Below the pieces are notes generated by a model. The model was not told where the DNA came from. It did no database searches and saw only the letters and a program-made list of their open reading frames with translations. From Caldisericia bacterium (lineage in GTDB: Bacteria > Caldisericota > Caldisericia > B22-G15): a stretch of 64,000 nucleotides of DNA. Position 1 is the stretch's first letter. Every line of letters starts with the position of its first letter. This document shows positions 18,834 to 29,339 of this stretch, in pieces. The translations under genes were made by a program, and so were the position numbers. The stretch covers positions 12,485-76,484 of the forward strand of contig JAOAHY010000004.1 in assembly GCA_026414995.1 (NCBI GenBank), read 5' to 3'.

Positions 18834-19417
18834 ATATAGATGAATTAATTAAAGAAATTGAAATAGAGGGGGAAGAAGAGATAAAAAATTTAAATGAAAA
18901 ATTTAATCAAGAAATAGAAAAATTAAAAAAGGATTATGAAGAAAAAGTCAAGTTTATTCAATTAAAATGGAATGAGTTGATAGAAAAGGAAAAAACTTCT
19001 TTTAGAGAAAAGAAAGAACTAGATATTAAAAATAAAATAGAATTAATAATTCTAAATTTCAAAAATGAAATTTTAGAAAGTTTTAAGAGTTATTCATATC
19101 AGTTATTAGAGTCTCTTTCTGTAAAGAATTTAAGAGATTTTTATAAAAAAGAAATAATAAAAAATGTCGAATCATCAGATGTTGAGGTTCACTTCGATAA
19201 AAAGATAAAAGAGATTTTTAATGAAAATTTTAAAAAAGAGATTACAGAAGAAATAGAAAAGAGATTTCCAAATACCCATATAAAATTTATAGAAGATAAT
19301 GAAGTTTTTGTGAAAGGAAAAAGTTATATCTCAAAAATCTCTCTTGTTGATAAATTTAATGAAATTTTTAATGAGAATATTCTCAAAATTTCAAAAATTA
19401 TATTTGAAGAAACATGA
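18830..19417 (+). CDS. atpE: A/V-type ATP synthase subunit E
   Basis: Operon position after K; N-terminal charged coiled coil plus globular C-terminus. Confidence 0.78.
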   Translation: MNIDELIKEIEIEGEEEIKNLNEKFNQEIEKLKKDYEEKVKFIQLKWNELIEKEKTSFREKKELDIKNKIELIILNFKNEILESFKSYSYQLLESLSVKNLRDFYKKEIIKNVESSDVEVHFDKKIKEIFNENFKKEITEEIEKRFPNTHIKFIEDNEVFVKGKSYISKISLVDKFNEIFNENILKISKIIFEET

Positions 19418-20187
19418 AACTGAAATTTAGTAACTATTCTTATTTATCAGCAAAATCAATCATACTTATAAGTTATTTTCCAAAAGTAGAAACATTAAAA
19501 TCATTTTTATCTCTCTCAAAAGAAGTTTTTTTAGATCATATTAAAAAAAGTTATGAAATTGAAACTGAAAGTTTAAATTTAGATGAAATTTTACTTCTTG
19601 ACTGGAACGACACAATAAAAAGATTTAAAAGAATTCTTTCTGATGAAAATCTGTATAAATATTTCGAGATTGAAAAAGAATATGAAATTATTAGAGATGA
19701 AAATAATCTATTTGAAAAGGAATATGAAAAAATTAAAAAAGAACTCTTTCTTTTAAACTTTTCAGATTTCTTTAAAAATTTTATAAAGTTAAAAATTGAT
19801 TTCTATAATATTTTAAGTTTCTTAAAACACAAATATTTTGGTACTTATTTTAGATTTATTGATAGCGGAAGGCTAAATTACAGATTGTTCAAAAATTATG
19901 AAAAAGAATCATTAGATAGTTTTATTGAATTTATTAATTTAAAATATCCTGAAACTTATGAAAAAAATCCAATAATTTTTTTTGAACTATTCGACAAAAA
20001 AAGAGATGACATATTAATAAATTATCTGAAAAATTCAAAATTTTTAGTATTTGGCCCTGAGATAATTTTTTCCTATCTTGTTCTTAAAAGCTTAAATAAT
20101 ATAAATCTTAGATTAATTTACCATGGAATTACATATAATTTACCTCATGATGAAGTGCTAAGGAGGTTAAGAGTTATAAATGAGTAA
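19414..20187 (+). CDS. atpC: A/V-type ATP synthase subunit C (short, divergent)
   Basis: Operon position; ID.YN, FGPE.IFSYL and N.RLI..G motifs, C-terminal RRLR. Confidence 0.8.
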   Translation: MKLKFSNYSYLSAKSIILISYFPKVETLKSFLSLSKEVFLDHIKKSYEIETESLNLDEILLLDWNDTIKRFKRILSDENLYKYFEIEKEYEIIRDENNLFEKEYEKIKKELFLLNFSDFFKNFIKLKIDFYNILSFLKHKYFGTYFRFIDSGRLNYRLFKNYEKESLDSFIEFINLKYPETYEKNPIIFFELFDKKRDDILINYLKNSKFLVFGPEIIFSYLVLKSLNNINLRLIYHGITYNLPHDEVLRRLRVINE

Positions 20188-20491
20188 AATTGCATATTTT
20201 GGAGATGAAATAATTTCTAAATTTTTATCTTCTTTTGGAATAAAAACTTTTAGTGAAAATATTATTGAAAATTTTATAAATTCATATAAGAATGATGAAT
20301 ATTCAATATTGATAATATCAGAAGAAGTTTCTCATGAAATATTAAAAGTTTATGAAGAATTAAACAAGAAAATTTTACCAGTTGTTTTATTTTTACCTTC
20401 AAAAGGAAAAAGAGAGGAAATAAATTATAAGTATATTAAAAAACTTACTGAGAAAGCAATTGGAGTTGATATTCTTGAAAAAGGAGAATAA
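20180..20491 (+). CDS. atpF: A/V-type ATP synthase subunit F
   Basis: KIA.FGD, ILIISE, LP and EKAIGVDI motifs. Confidence 0.88.
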   Translation: MSKIAYFGDEIISKFLSSFGIKTFSENIIENFINSYKNDEYSILIISEEVSHEILKVYEELNKKILPVVLFLPSKGKREEINYKYIKKLTEKAIGVDILEKGE

Positions 20492-20494
20492 ATC

Positions 20495-22264
20495 ATGGAA
20501 AAAGGAATAATTTCAAAAGTTTCTGGTCCTCTTGTTGTAGCAAGAGGGCTTAAAAATGCAAAAATGTATGATGTTGTTTATGTTGGAAAACTAGGTCTTC
20601 TTGGAGAAATAATTCAAATTAAAGAAGACCTATCATTTATACAGGTGTATGAAGAAACAAGTGGAATAGGCCCAGGTGAAGAGGTTATAACATCAGGTGA
20701 GCCACTTTCTGTTGAATTGGGTCCAGGTCTTATTGGTTCAATTTTTGATGGAGTTCAAAGACCACTTGACATCATAAGCTCAAAACATGGTTCTTATATT
20801 GTAAGAGGTGTTAAAGAAAATTCAATTCCAAGAGATAAAGAGTGGGAATTTGAGGCAATAATAAAGGAAGGAGAATTCGTTGAAGAGGGGGACATAATTG
20901 GAGTTGTACAGGAAACAGAGATTGTTAAACATAAAATTTTAGTACCAATTGGAATTAGAGGTAAGGTAAAAAAAGTATTTAAAGGTAAATTGAAAGTAGA
21001 GGATCCAGTTGCAATTATTGATTCTGATGGAAAAGAAATAGAAATTAAAATGTTAACTCATTGGCCTGTTAGAATTCAAAGACCATTTAAAAAGAAACTA
21101 CCACCAGATATACCTTTAATAACTGGTCAAAGAGTTATAGATGGTTTCTTTCCTATTGCAAAAGGCGGCACTGCTTGTATACCTGGTCCTTTTGGTTCTG
21201 GTAAAACTGTAACTCAACATCAACTTGCAAAATGGGCTGATGCAGATATTATAGTTTATGTTGGTTGTGGTGAAAGAGGAAATGAAATGACAGAAGTTTT
21301 AATAGAATTTCCAGAACTTAAAGACCCAAAAACAGGATATCCTCTTATGAAAAGGACAATATTAATTGCAAATACATCTAACATGCCTGTTGCTGCAAGA
21401 GAAGCTTCAGTTTTTACTGGGATTACACTTGCAGAATATTTTAGAGATCAAGGATATGATGTTGCTCTAATGGCTGATTCAACTTCAAGATGGGCTGAGG
21501 CAATGAGAGAAATTTCAGGTAGATTAGAAGAAATGCCCGGAGAGGAGGGGTATCCCGCTTATCTTGCATCTAGAATCGCTTCTTTTTATGAAAGAGCAGG
21601 AAAGGTTATTTGTCTTGGAAAAGATTCAAGAATATCCACTTTGAGTGTTATTGGTGCTGTTTCTCCACCAGGAGGTGATCTTTCAGATCCTGTTGTGCAA
21701 TCAACTTTAAGAGTAACAAAAGTTTTTTGGGGACTTGATGATGCACTTGCTTCACAAAGACACTTTCCTGCTATTAATTGGTTAACAAGTTATTCTCTAT
21801 ATACAGTTGACTTAGATCCTTTTTATAAAAAAAATATAAGTGAAGAATTTCCAAAATTAAGAGAAAAAGCAATGGAAATTCTTGAAAAAGAAGCAGAACT
21901 TGAAGAAATTGTAAGGTTAGTTGGTATAGATGCTTTATCTCCAAAAGATAGATTAATACTTGAAACTGCAAAATCAATTAGAGAAGATTTTTTGCATCAA
22001 AATGCTTATCACGAAATTGATACATACACATCATTAAATAAACAATATTTTATGCTTAAAGCAATTCTTTTATTTTATGAACTCGGAAATATAGCATTAG
22101 AAGAAGGTGTTGAACTTGAAAAAATAATAAATCTTCCATTTAGAGTTGATATTGCTAGAGCTAAATATATTGATGAGAAAAGATTAGAACTTTTTGATGA
22201 ACTATACAAAAAAATAAAAGAAGGTTTTAATGAAGTTATGAATGTTAAGGAGGAAATTAAATAA
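20495..22264 (+). CDS. atpA: A/V-type ATP synthase subunit A
   Basis: [27 protein letters not shown] and DSTSRWAEA motifs. Confidence 0.98.
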   Translation: MEKGIISKVSGPLVVARGLKNAKMYDVVYVGKLGLLGEIIQIKEDLSFIQVYEETSGIGPGEEVITSGEPLSVELGPGLIGSIFDGVQRPLDIISSKHGSYIVRGVKENSIPRDKEWEFEAIIKEGEFVEEGDIIGVVQETEIVKHKILVPIGIRGKVKKVFKGKLKVEDPVAIIDSDGKEIEIKMLTHWPVRIQRPFKKKLPPDIPLITGQRVIDGFFPIAKGGTACIPGPFGSGKTVTQHQLAKWADADIIVYVGCGERGNEMTEVLIEFPELKDPKTGYPLMKRTILIANTSNMPVAAREASVFTGITLAEYFRDQGYDVALMADSTSRWAEAMREISGRLEEMPGEEGYPAYLASRIASFYERAGKVICLGKDSRISTLSVIGAVSPPGGDLSDPVVQSTLRVTKVFWGLDDALASQRHFPAINWLTSYSLYTVDLDPFYKKNISEEFPKLREKAMEILEKEAELEEIVRLVGIDALSPKDRLILETAKSIREDFLHQNAYHEIDTYTSLNKQYFMLKAILLFYELGNIALEEGVELEKIINLPFRVDIARAKYIDEKRLELFDELYKKIKEGFNEVMNVKEEIK

Positions 22265-23656
22265 ATGGCAAAAGAGTATTTGACAACAAGCGAAATCGCT
22301 GGTCCATTAATGGTTGTTCAAGATGTTTCAGGTGTTAAATATGGAGAACTTGTTGAAATTACTCTCAAAAATGGAGAAAAAAGAAGAGGACAAGTTATGG
22401 TTGCTGAAGAAAATAAAGCGCTTATTGAACTTTATGAACCTTCAATTGGAATAGATCCTAAAGAAGCAAGAGTAAAATTTACAGGAAAAGGTCTTGAAGT
22501 TCCAGTTTCAAAAAATATTTTAGGTAGAATTTTTAATGGTTTTGGAGAACCAATCGATGATGGACCAAAAATTATTCCTGAAGATTTAAGAGATATAAAT
22601 GGAAATCCTATTAATCCATATTCAAGAGACTATCCAAATGAATTTATTCAAACAGGAATATCTGCTATTGATGGATTAAATACTCTTGTTAGGGGACAAA
22701 AATTACCAATTTTTTCAGGAAGTGGACTTCCTCATCCAAGACTTGCTGCTCAAATAACAAGACAATCTAAAGTTTTAAAAACAGGAGAACAATTCGCAGT
22801 TGTATTTGCTGCTATGGGTATCACTTTTGAAGAAGCAAACTTTTTCATTTCAGACTTAAGACAAACTGGTGCAATTAATAAATCGGTTTTGTTTATAAAC
22901 TTAGCAAATAACCCAGTTATTGAAAGAATTGCTTTACCAAGAACTGCTTTAACAGTAGCAGAGTATCTTGCATTTGATCTTGATATGCATGTTCTTGTTA
23001 TTTTAACAGATATGACGAACTATTGTGAAGCACTTAGAGAAATTTCTGCTGCAAGAAAAGAAGTTCCTGGAAGAAGAGGTTATCCAGGTTATATGTACAC
23101 AGATCTTGCAACAATTTATGAAAGAGCAGGAAGAATTAAAGGAAAAAAAGGTTCAATAACACAAATTCCTGTTGTTAGTATGCCTGAAGATGATAAAACA
23201 CATCCAATTCCAGATTTAACAGGTTATATTACAGAGGGTCAAATATTTTTATCTAGAGAACTTTATAAAAAGGGAATATATCCTCCAATTGATGTAAGAC
23301 CCTCTCTTTCAAGATTAAAAGATAGAGGAATAGGAAGAGAAAAAACAAGAGAAGATCATTCAGATTTAATGAATCAATTATATGCAGCATATTCAAGAGG
23401 AAAAAACGCTGAAGAGTTAGCAAAAATTTTAGGAGAAACTGCATTATCAACTGTTGATAGAATTTTTGTAAAATTTGCTGAAAGATTTGAAAGAGAATTT
23501 GTAAATCAAGGTGAATATGAGAATAGATCTATAGAACAAACATTAGATATTGGATGGAAACTTTTATCTATGATCCCAATACCTGAATTAAAGAGAGTAA
23601 GAGAAGAATATATTGAAAAGTATCTTAAAAGATTCTTAAAAGAGGAGAAAGTATGA
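22265..23656 (+). CDS. atpB: A/V-type ATP synthase subunit B
   Basis: [35 protein letters not shown] and [15 protein letters not shown] motifs. Confidence 0.98.
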   Translation: MAKEYLTTSEIAGPLMVVQDVSGVKYGELVEITLKNGEKRRGQVMVAEENKALIELYEPSIGIDPKEARVKFTGKGLEVPVSKNILGRIFNGFGEPIDDGPKIIPEDLRDINGNPINPYSRDYPNEFIQTGISAIDGLNTLVRGQKLPIFSGSGLPHPRLAAQITRQSKVLKTGEQFAVVFAAMGITFEEANFFISDLRQTGAINKSVLFINLANNPVIERIALPRTALTVAEYLAFDLDMHVLVILTDMTNYCEALREISAARKEVPGRRGYPGYMYTDLATIYERAGRIKGKKGSITQIPVVSMPEDDKTHPIPDLTGYITEGQIFLSRELYKKGIYPPIDVRPSLSRLKDRGIGREKTREDHSDLMNQLYAAYSRGKNAEELAKILGETALSTVDRIFVKFAERFEREFVNQGEYENRSIEQTLDIGWKLLSMIPIPELKRVREEYIEKYLKRFLKEEKV

Positions 23657-24279
23657 AGTTAAGAGTAAATCCAAATAGAATGGTTTTGCTTACTCTAAAA
23701 AAGAGACTTACAGTTGCAACTCGCGGTCATAAACTTCTTAAAGATAAACTTGATGGAATGATTAAAGAATTTGTTTCTTTAATAAAAGATTTTAAAGAAA
23801 AAACAAAAAATTTGGATGAAGAATTTTTAAAACTTGAAAAATTAATAATATTATCTTATTCTCAACTTGGAAAAGAAAGATTTGATTTATTAACTAAAAA
23901 AAGATTAGAAATATCCTTAACCTATGAAAAGAAAAATATTATGGGGGTTAATGTTCCTCAATTTAAAATAAAAAGTATTAGTGAAATTTTTAACTATCCT
24001 TATACACTTTCAAATTTTGAGTTTGATTTAGCAAATCAAGTTTTTAAAAATTTTATTGAAAAATTAATTGAATATATAAATATTTATAAAACATTAGAAG
24101 AACTTGCTAAAGACATAGAAAGAACAAGAAGAAGAGTAAATGCACTTGAATATATTTTAATTCCTTCTCTTAATGAAACAATAAAGTTTATAAAAATGCG
24201 ACTTGATGAACTTGAAAGGGAAACACACGGGAGATTAACAAGAATTAAGGAGATAATAAGAGGAGAGGCAGAAAGATAA
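23653..24279 (+). CDS. atpD: A/V-type ATP synthase subunit D
   Basis: [14 protein letters not shown] and [13 protein letters not shown] motifs. Confidence 0.96.
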   Translation: MKLRVNPNRMVLLTLKKRLTVATRGHKLLKDKLDGMIKEFVSLIKDFKEKTKNLDEEFLKLEKLIILSYSQLGKERFDLLTKKRLEISLTYEKKNIMGVNVPQFKIKSISEIFNYPYTLSNFEFDLANQVFKNFIEKLIEYINIYKTLEELAKDIERTRRRVNALEYILIPSLNETIKFIKMRLDELERETHGRLTRIKEIIRGEAER

Positions 24280-24298
24280 ACTGCTTCTCCTCCTTTTT
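24260..24298 (+). terminator. Intrinsic terminator at the end of the ATPase operon, between convergent genes
   Basis: GAGGAGAGGCAG (24260-24271), 9-nt loop, CTGCTTCTCCTC (24281-24292): 12-bp stem with one G-U, followed by CTTTTT. The atpD stop lies in the loop. Confidence 0.75.
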
Positions 24299-24303
24299 AA
24301 TTA

Positions 24304-25515
24304 TTAAATTTCAAATTTTGAAATATCTATTAATTTTCCACTACTTATAACAAATTTTGGTTCTCTGTGATATCTTAATGCTTCTAAAACATTGTCTTCA
24401 TTTAAAACTACAATATTTGCAGGATTCCCCTCTTTTAATTCATGATTTTTAAGACCTATTGCTTTACCTGCATCAATAGTAATCATATCATATAACCTTT
24501 CCATATCACTTTTTGTTGTCATCCATAAAATATGAGATACAAGAAATGCGACTTCTAACATATTGTTTCTTCCATAGGGATAGTATGCATCAGATATATC
24601 ATCTTGTCCTAAAACAACAAGAACACCTTCTTCTAACATCTCTCTAACTCTTGCATGTAGTGGGCCTGTATGTGGATCAGTAACAACACCAACTCCTCCC
24701 TTTTTTAATAAAGCAATTAATTTCATAAGATATGGAGTTGGATAAAATTGCATTGCTCTTGCATGATGAGCAAGAACTCTTCCAATAAAACCTTCTTTGA
24801 TTGCTTTTAAAGTTAACATTTCAAGTGTTTTAAGAGTAGGATCACCTGCATCATCTACAAGCATTGATATATCTCTATCATATTTTTTTGCAAGTTCAAA
24901 CATTTTATCAATGTGTTCTTTTTCATCTTCATCTGTATATTCAATCCAAGGAATTCCACCAACAACATCAGCTCCCATTTTTAAACTTTCTTCAACAAGT
25001 TCAAAAGCTCCTTTTTCTCTTACTACACCATCTTGAGGAAAAGCAACTACTTGAAGATCTAAAACACCTTTAAATTCATCCTTTGCTTTTAAAAGCGCTT
25101 TAACACCTTCTAATTTTGCTTTTGAATCAACATCAGCAAAACCTCTTACATGCAATACACCATAACGAACTGCATGATTTAAAGCTCTTTTCACATTAGG
25201 GAAAATCCACTTTTCATCATATTTAGATTTTACAAGTGCTGCTAATTCTATTGCAGTCATAGCTTTACCCATATTTTCACCATGATAATCTTTTAGTGCT
25301 TCCTCTTCCATCATCATAAAGGTGTAGACTTTACATAGATGAAGATGTGGATTTACAAATGATTCTGTTACAAGTTTACCTTCAGCATCAATCAAAGTAT
25401 TAGCATTCTCGTTTAAATTTTTTGAAATTTTTTCAATTTTTCCATCTTTAATCCCAATCGAATAAAGACCTTCCATTTTTCTTAATTTTGCATTTTTAAT
25501 TACAATATCATACAT
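24304..25515 (-). CDS. Cytosine-deaminase-like amidohydrolase, substrate uncertain
   Basis: PHLHL (HxH), LQVVAFPQDG, VVGGIP and LGQDD..D.YYP.G motifs of the CodA/AtzC family. Confidence 0.85.
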   Translation of the reverse strand: MYDIVIKNAKLRKMEGLYSIGIKDGKIEKISKNLNENANTLIDAEGKLVTESFVNPHLHLCKVYTFMMMEEEALKDYHGENMGKAMTAIELAALVKSKYDEKWIFPNVKRALNHAVRYGVLHVRGFADVDSKAKLEGVKALLKAKDEFKGVLDLQVVAFPQDGVVREKGAFELVEESLKMGADVVGGIPWIEYTDEDEKEHIDKMFELAKKYDRDISMLVDDAGDPTLKTLEMLTLKAIKEGFIGRVLAHHARAMQFYPTPYLMKLIALLKKGGVGVVTDPHTGPLHARVREMLEEGVLVVLGQDDISDAYYPYGRNNMLEVAFLVSHILWMTTKSDMERLYDMITIDAGKAIGLKNHELKEGNPANIVVLNEDNVLEALRYHREPKFVISSGKLIDISKFEI

Positions 25516-25527
25516 ATAAACCTCCTA

Positions 25528-26001
25528 TTATTTATTTTGTTTTAAATATCTTTGAGCAAGTTTTGCACCATCTAAAATAGATTCATAACCTGTGCATCTG
25601 CAAAGGTGTTTATCTAATGCATCAATTATTTCATTTTCATCTGCATCTATATTTTTACTGTAAAGAGCATATAGTTCCATTATTATACCTGGAATACAAT
25701 ATCCACATTGAACAGCACCAGAATCAATCATTGCTTTTTGAATTGGATGCAACTCTCCATTTTTAGATAGACCTTCAATTGTTAAAATTTCCGCATCATT
25801 TAATTTTTTAACTGAATATATACAACTTTTAACTGCTTCACCATTTACTATAACTACACATGTTCCACAAGAAGCATCATCACACCCTCTTTTTGTTCCG
25901 GTTAAATTTAATTTTTCTCTTAAAATATCTAATAAATTTTCATTTCCTTCAACTTCTAAAACCTTTTCTATTCCATTAACTTTAAATTTAATCTTTTCCA
26001 T
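25528..26001 (-). CDS. Molybdenum hydroxylase small subunit, 2x[2Fe-2S] (CoxS/XdhC-like)
   Basis: GTKRGCDDASCGTC, SC, TIEGL, QCGYC and CRCTGY motifs. Confidence 0.95.
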   Translation of the reverse strand: MEKIKFKVNGIEKVLEVEGNENLLDILREKLNLTGTKRGCDDASCGTCVVIVNGEAVKSCIYSVKKLNDAEILTIEGLSKNGELHPIQKAMIDSGAVQCGYCIPGIIMELYALYSKNIDADENEIIDALDKHLCRCTGYESILDGAKLAQRYLKQNK

Positions 26002-26003
26002 TT

Positions 26004-28343
26004 TTAAACTCCTATTTTTTCATTTTGTTTTTCTTTAATAATCTCTAAAATTTTTTCTTTTGATACTGGAACTTCAAATAGATCAACACCTAAAGCATCA
26101 TAGATTGCATTTAAAATTGCTGGAGCAACTCCTAAAACTGGATGTTCACCTATTCCTCTTGCGCCATAAGGACCGATTGATTCAGGTGTTTCAATAAAAA
26201 TAACTTCATATTTTTTAGGCATATTTTTAATTGTTGGAAATTTGTAAGTTGAGAAATGTGGATTTACTAATCTTCCGTCTTTATCAAATTTTAGTTCCTC
26301 ATAAAGTGTACTTCCAATTCCCATCATAACTCCTCCAACAATTTGACCTCTTAATTGAACTGGATTTATAACTCTTCCTATATCAAATGCTGAAACAAAG
26401 TTATCTATAATAATTTCTCCTGTCTTTTTATCAATTCTAATCTCACAACCTTGCGCACCAAAAGTGTAAGACACCCCAAGATTACCTTCACCAGTTTCTG
26501 GATCTGGATTTGAATATCTTGGTAATCTTGCATCTGCTGTTGCTTGAACCACTTCTCCAACAGTAATGCCATCTTTATCAATATAACCTCTTACAAGATC
26601 TGGTATATTAACAAATATTTCTGGATTATGTTTAAAATAAATTTTTTCACCATCATACTCAAGCATATCTTTATCAACTCTCAAGGCTAATGCTGCATTT
26701 TCTTTTAATTTCTCAATTGCTCTTAAGCATGCTCTAATTAACGCTCTTCCTCCTTGAACTGTAAACATAGAACCAATTGTTTGCCACTCCCATGGAGAAA
26801 ATTGAGTATCGATTTCTGTATAAACATGAATTTTTTCAGGTGAAATTTTTAGAATTTCAGCTGCAACCTGTTGAACTACAGTTCTTAAACCTTGTCCTAC
26901 TTCAGCACCACTCATAACAACATTAACGCTTCCATCTCCATTAAATTTAATAAAACACCCTTTTGAAGAATTTGGAGCGCCTTTTGGACCTTTAACAACT
27001 GCTGCAAATCCTCTACCATAAAAATAATTTTCATCTTCTTTAGGTTTTTCTTTATTGTATATGATTTCTTTAACTGCATCTGAACATTTTTTAACATCAC
27101 CATAGTCTTCAGTATAGATTTCTCCTGAGCCAAATTTTTTGCCTCTTTTTAAATAGTTTTTTTCTCTTAGTTCAATTTTATCTATATTAAGTTTTCTTGC
27201 TAAAATATCCATTAGTCTTTCAATAGCAAAATGTGCATATTGATAACCATAACCTCTAAATGCACCAACAGGAGGTGTATTAGTATATACAGTAAATCCT
27301 TCACAATAAGCAATAGGAAATTCATATACTCCCAATGTATGAGTTGCTGCCATTGTTATATTAACTCCTGTATCAGCATATGCTCCAGTGGAGTGATAAA
27401 CTTTTGATTTAACAAATACTAATGTACCATCTTTTTTTGCGCCGATTTTCATTTGAATTCTAACTCCATGTCCGATTAATGTGCTTGTATAATCTTCTTT
27501 TCTTGATGCTACCCATTTTACAGGATAACCTTTTACATGACTTGCAATATAAGCAACAGTTTGTTCTATTGTCACATCAGATTTATAACCAAAACATCCA
27601 CCAATTTCTGGAATATGAACTCTAACATTTCCAGAAGGCACTCCATAGGTTTTAGCTAAATCATCTTGAATAATGTGAGGACAAATTGAGGATGACCAAA
27701 CTTCTATTGTGTTGTCTTCATGAAACCAAACTATTGCACCATGTGGTTCAATTGCACTTGATGAACCAAATTTATAATTAAATTCTCCTTCCACAACAAC
27801 ATCTGCTTCTAGTTCGCCTTTTTCCATATCTCCTCTTTTTAATAAATAATAATTTGCAATATTTGTCTTTGGTATAGGTTTATATGTTGGAAGATGCCAA
27901 TATTCACCATTTCTTTCATGTATCAATACTGCATTTTCTTTTAGTGAATCTAATGCATCTAAATAAACTGGTAATTTTTCATACTCAACTTTAATTTTTT
28001 TCACTGCTTGTTTTGCATGTTGAGGAGTATCTGCAATAACAGCAGCAACTGGTTCTCCGATATATCTAACCTTGTCAACAGCCATTGGATATCTATCTTT
28101 TATGCAATCTCCATATGTAAATTTGCAATTTTTCCCAGTCACTACTTTTACAACTCCTTCACTTTTTTCTGCTTCAGAGGTATCAATTGATAATATTTTA
28201 GCGTGAGCATATGGTGGAGTGAGAATTGCTGCATAAAGCATGTTAGGAAGTTTTATATCATCGAGGAAAATTGCTTTACCTGTAACTTTTTTTATAGCAT
28301 CAGGCCTTTTTATATATTTTCCAATATAATTAAAATTATACAT
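26004..28343 (-). CDS. Xanthine dehydrogenase-family molybdopterin-binding subunit
   Basis: KVTGKA, VRYIGEPVAAV.A, EPH, IGGCFGYK, AFRGYG, EVGQG, GQ..GG and GARGIGE motifs. Confidence 0.95.
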   Translation of the reverse strand: MYNFNYIGKYIKRPDAIKKVTGKAIFLDDIKLPNMLYAAILTPPYAHAKILSIDTSEAEKSEGVVKVVTGKNCKFTYGDCIKDRYPMAVDKVRYIGEPVAAVIADTPQHAKQAVKKIKVEYEKLPVYLDALDSLKENAVLIHERNGEYWHLPTYKPIPKTNIANYYLLKRGDMEKGELEADVVVEGEFNYKFGSSSAIEPHGAIVWFHEDNTIEVWSSSICPHIIQDDLAKTYGVPSGNVRVHIPEIGGCFGYKSDVTIEQTVAYIASHVKGYPVKWVASRKEDYTSTLIGHGVRIQMKIGAKKDGTLVFVKSKVYHSTGAYADTGVNITMAATHTLGVYEFPIAYCEGFTVYTNTPPVGAFRGYGYQYAHFAIERLMDILARKLNIDKIELREKNYLKRGKKFGSGEIYTEDYGDVKKCSDAVKEIIYNKEKPKEDENYFYGRGFAAVVKGPKGAPNSSKGCFIKFNGDGSVNVVMSGAEVGQGLRTVVQQVAAEILKISPEKIHVYTEIDTQFSPWEWQTIGSMFTVQGGRALIRACLRAIEKLKENAALALRVDKDMLEYDGEKIYFKHNPEIFVNIPDLVRGYIDKDGITVGEVVQATADARLPRYSNPDPETGEGNLGVSYTFGAQGCEIRIDKKTGEIIIDNFVSAFDIGRVINPVQLRGQIVGGVMMGIGSTLYEELKFDKDGRLVNPHFSTYKFPTIKNMPKKYEVIFIETPESIGPYGARGIGEHPVLGVAPAILNAIYDALGVDLFEVPVSKEKILEIIKEKQNEKIGV

Positions 28344-28375
28344 TTAATATATCACCTCCTTTTGGGTATATTTTA

Positions 28376-28404
28376 TTTATAAATAATAATTATAAAATTG
28401 TCAA
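28376..28404 (-). promoter_or_regulatory. sigma70 promoter of the Mo-hydroxylase/deaminase operon
   Basis: Minus strand: TTGACA (28404-28399), 17-nt spacer, TATAAA (28381-28376); AGGAGGTGA RBS downstream. Confidence 0.7.
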
Positions 28405-28406
28405 AC

Positions 28407-29045
28407 TTAAACTTTTAATAAATCAGAGACCTTTTTTGTTAATTTTTTTAAATCTTTTGGAGTAATGCCTAATTCAGGTTTTAATAATAAAAATAAAACA
28501 TTTGTTTCTCTAGTATATCCAATATGCCTTAAATTTTTAAATCCAACTGTATCTTTAGAAAGTTCAATTAAGTTTTCTAAATCTATTTTATTTTTATAAA
28601 AAACATAAAACTCTTTTCCATCAAATGTCATATTTTCTTTTTTATATGTTTCTATATTATCTATCATAGGTCCTGGGAAATAAAAATGTTTCTTAATTAT
28701 ATGCGCATCATATCCAAATTTTTCATTTAATCTTAAAACTACATATAATCTATCATGTTTTCTTGTTAAATAAGAAATAGGTAGATATAACAAACTATGT
28801 CTAGGTAATAATGTTAATGTTAATTCTAATTTTTTTATAAGTTTGTCATTAAAATCATAATTTGCTTTAAATCCAATATAACCACCAATATAAGTGTAAA
28901 GTTTATCTTTTGGTTTTAAATTTTCTTCAAAATCTCTAATATATTTGACCATCATTAGAGTATTTAATTTTCTTCCTTTAAAAAATTGAAGGGAGGTTAA
29001 ACCTCCCAAAATTAACATTAAAAGTATGATCTGTCCTTGTGTCAT
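28407..29045 (-). CDS. N-terminally membrane-anchored conserved hypothetical protein (possible CCDC47/DUF1682-like)
   Basis: N-terminal TM, then GRKLN...GGYIGF...LTLLPRHSLLY...HDRL. Start abuts the upstream gene's stop. The CDS is confident; the family is speculative. Confidence 0.7.
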   Translation of the reverse strand: MTQGQIILLMLILGGLTSLQFFKGRKLNTLMMVKYIRDFEENLKPKDKLYTYIGGYIGFKANYDFNDKLIKKLELTLTLLPRHSLLYLPISYLTRKHDRLYVVLRLNEKFGYDAHIIKKHFYFPGPMIDNIETYKKENMTFDGKEFYVFYKNKIDLENLIELSKDTVGFKNLRHIGYTRETNVLFLLLKPELGITPKDLKKLTKKVSDLLKV

Positions 29046-29339
29046 CTAAATCTCCTCTTTTCCGCTTAAAACTATTACTTCAGTGAAACCCTCTTTATTA
29101 AGTGTGTCAACAATTTTTTTTGCTATAGTATTTAAAATATATGATTTCATAAAAAGATATGAAGGAGAGAAATAATCTGGATAAAAAGATTTTAATTTAA
29201 TTTCAATTCTTGTAAATTCAATTTTTATTTCTCTTATATAATCTCCAGTTATTAAATCTAAACCTGTTGTAGGTTCTTCAATTTTTGATAAAATTCTTTT
29301 TATTCTTTTTATTAATTCTTCATCTCCTACGGTTCTCAT
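29046..29339 (-). CDS. DUF59/FeS_assembly_P (SufT-like) small protein lacking cysteines
   Basis: IL..IEEPTTGLDLIT...IREI.I matches the L..V.DPE...di...g.i..i pattern; overlaps the arsA stop by 4 nt. Confidence 0.6.
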   Translation of the reverse strand: MRTVGDEELIKRIKRILSKIEEPTTGLDLITGDYIREIKIEFTRIEIKLKSFYPDYFSPSYLFMKSYILNTIAKKIVDTLNKEGFTEVIVLSGKEEI

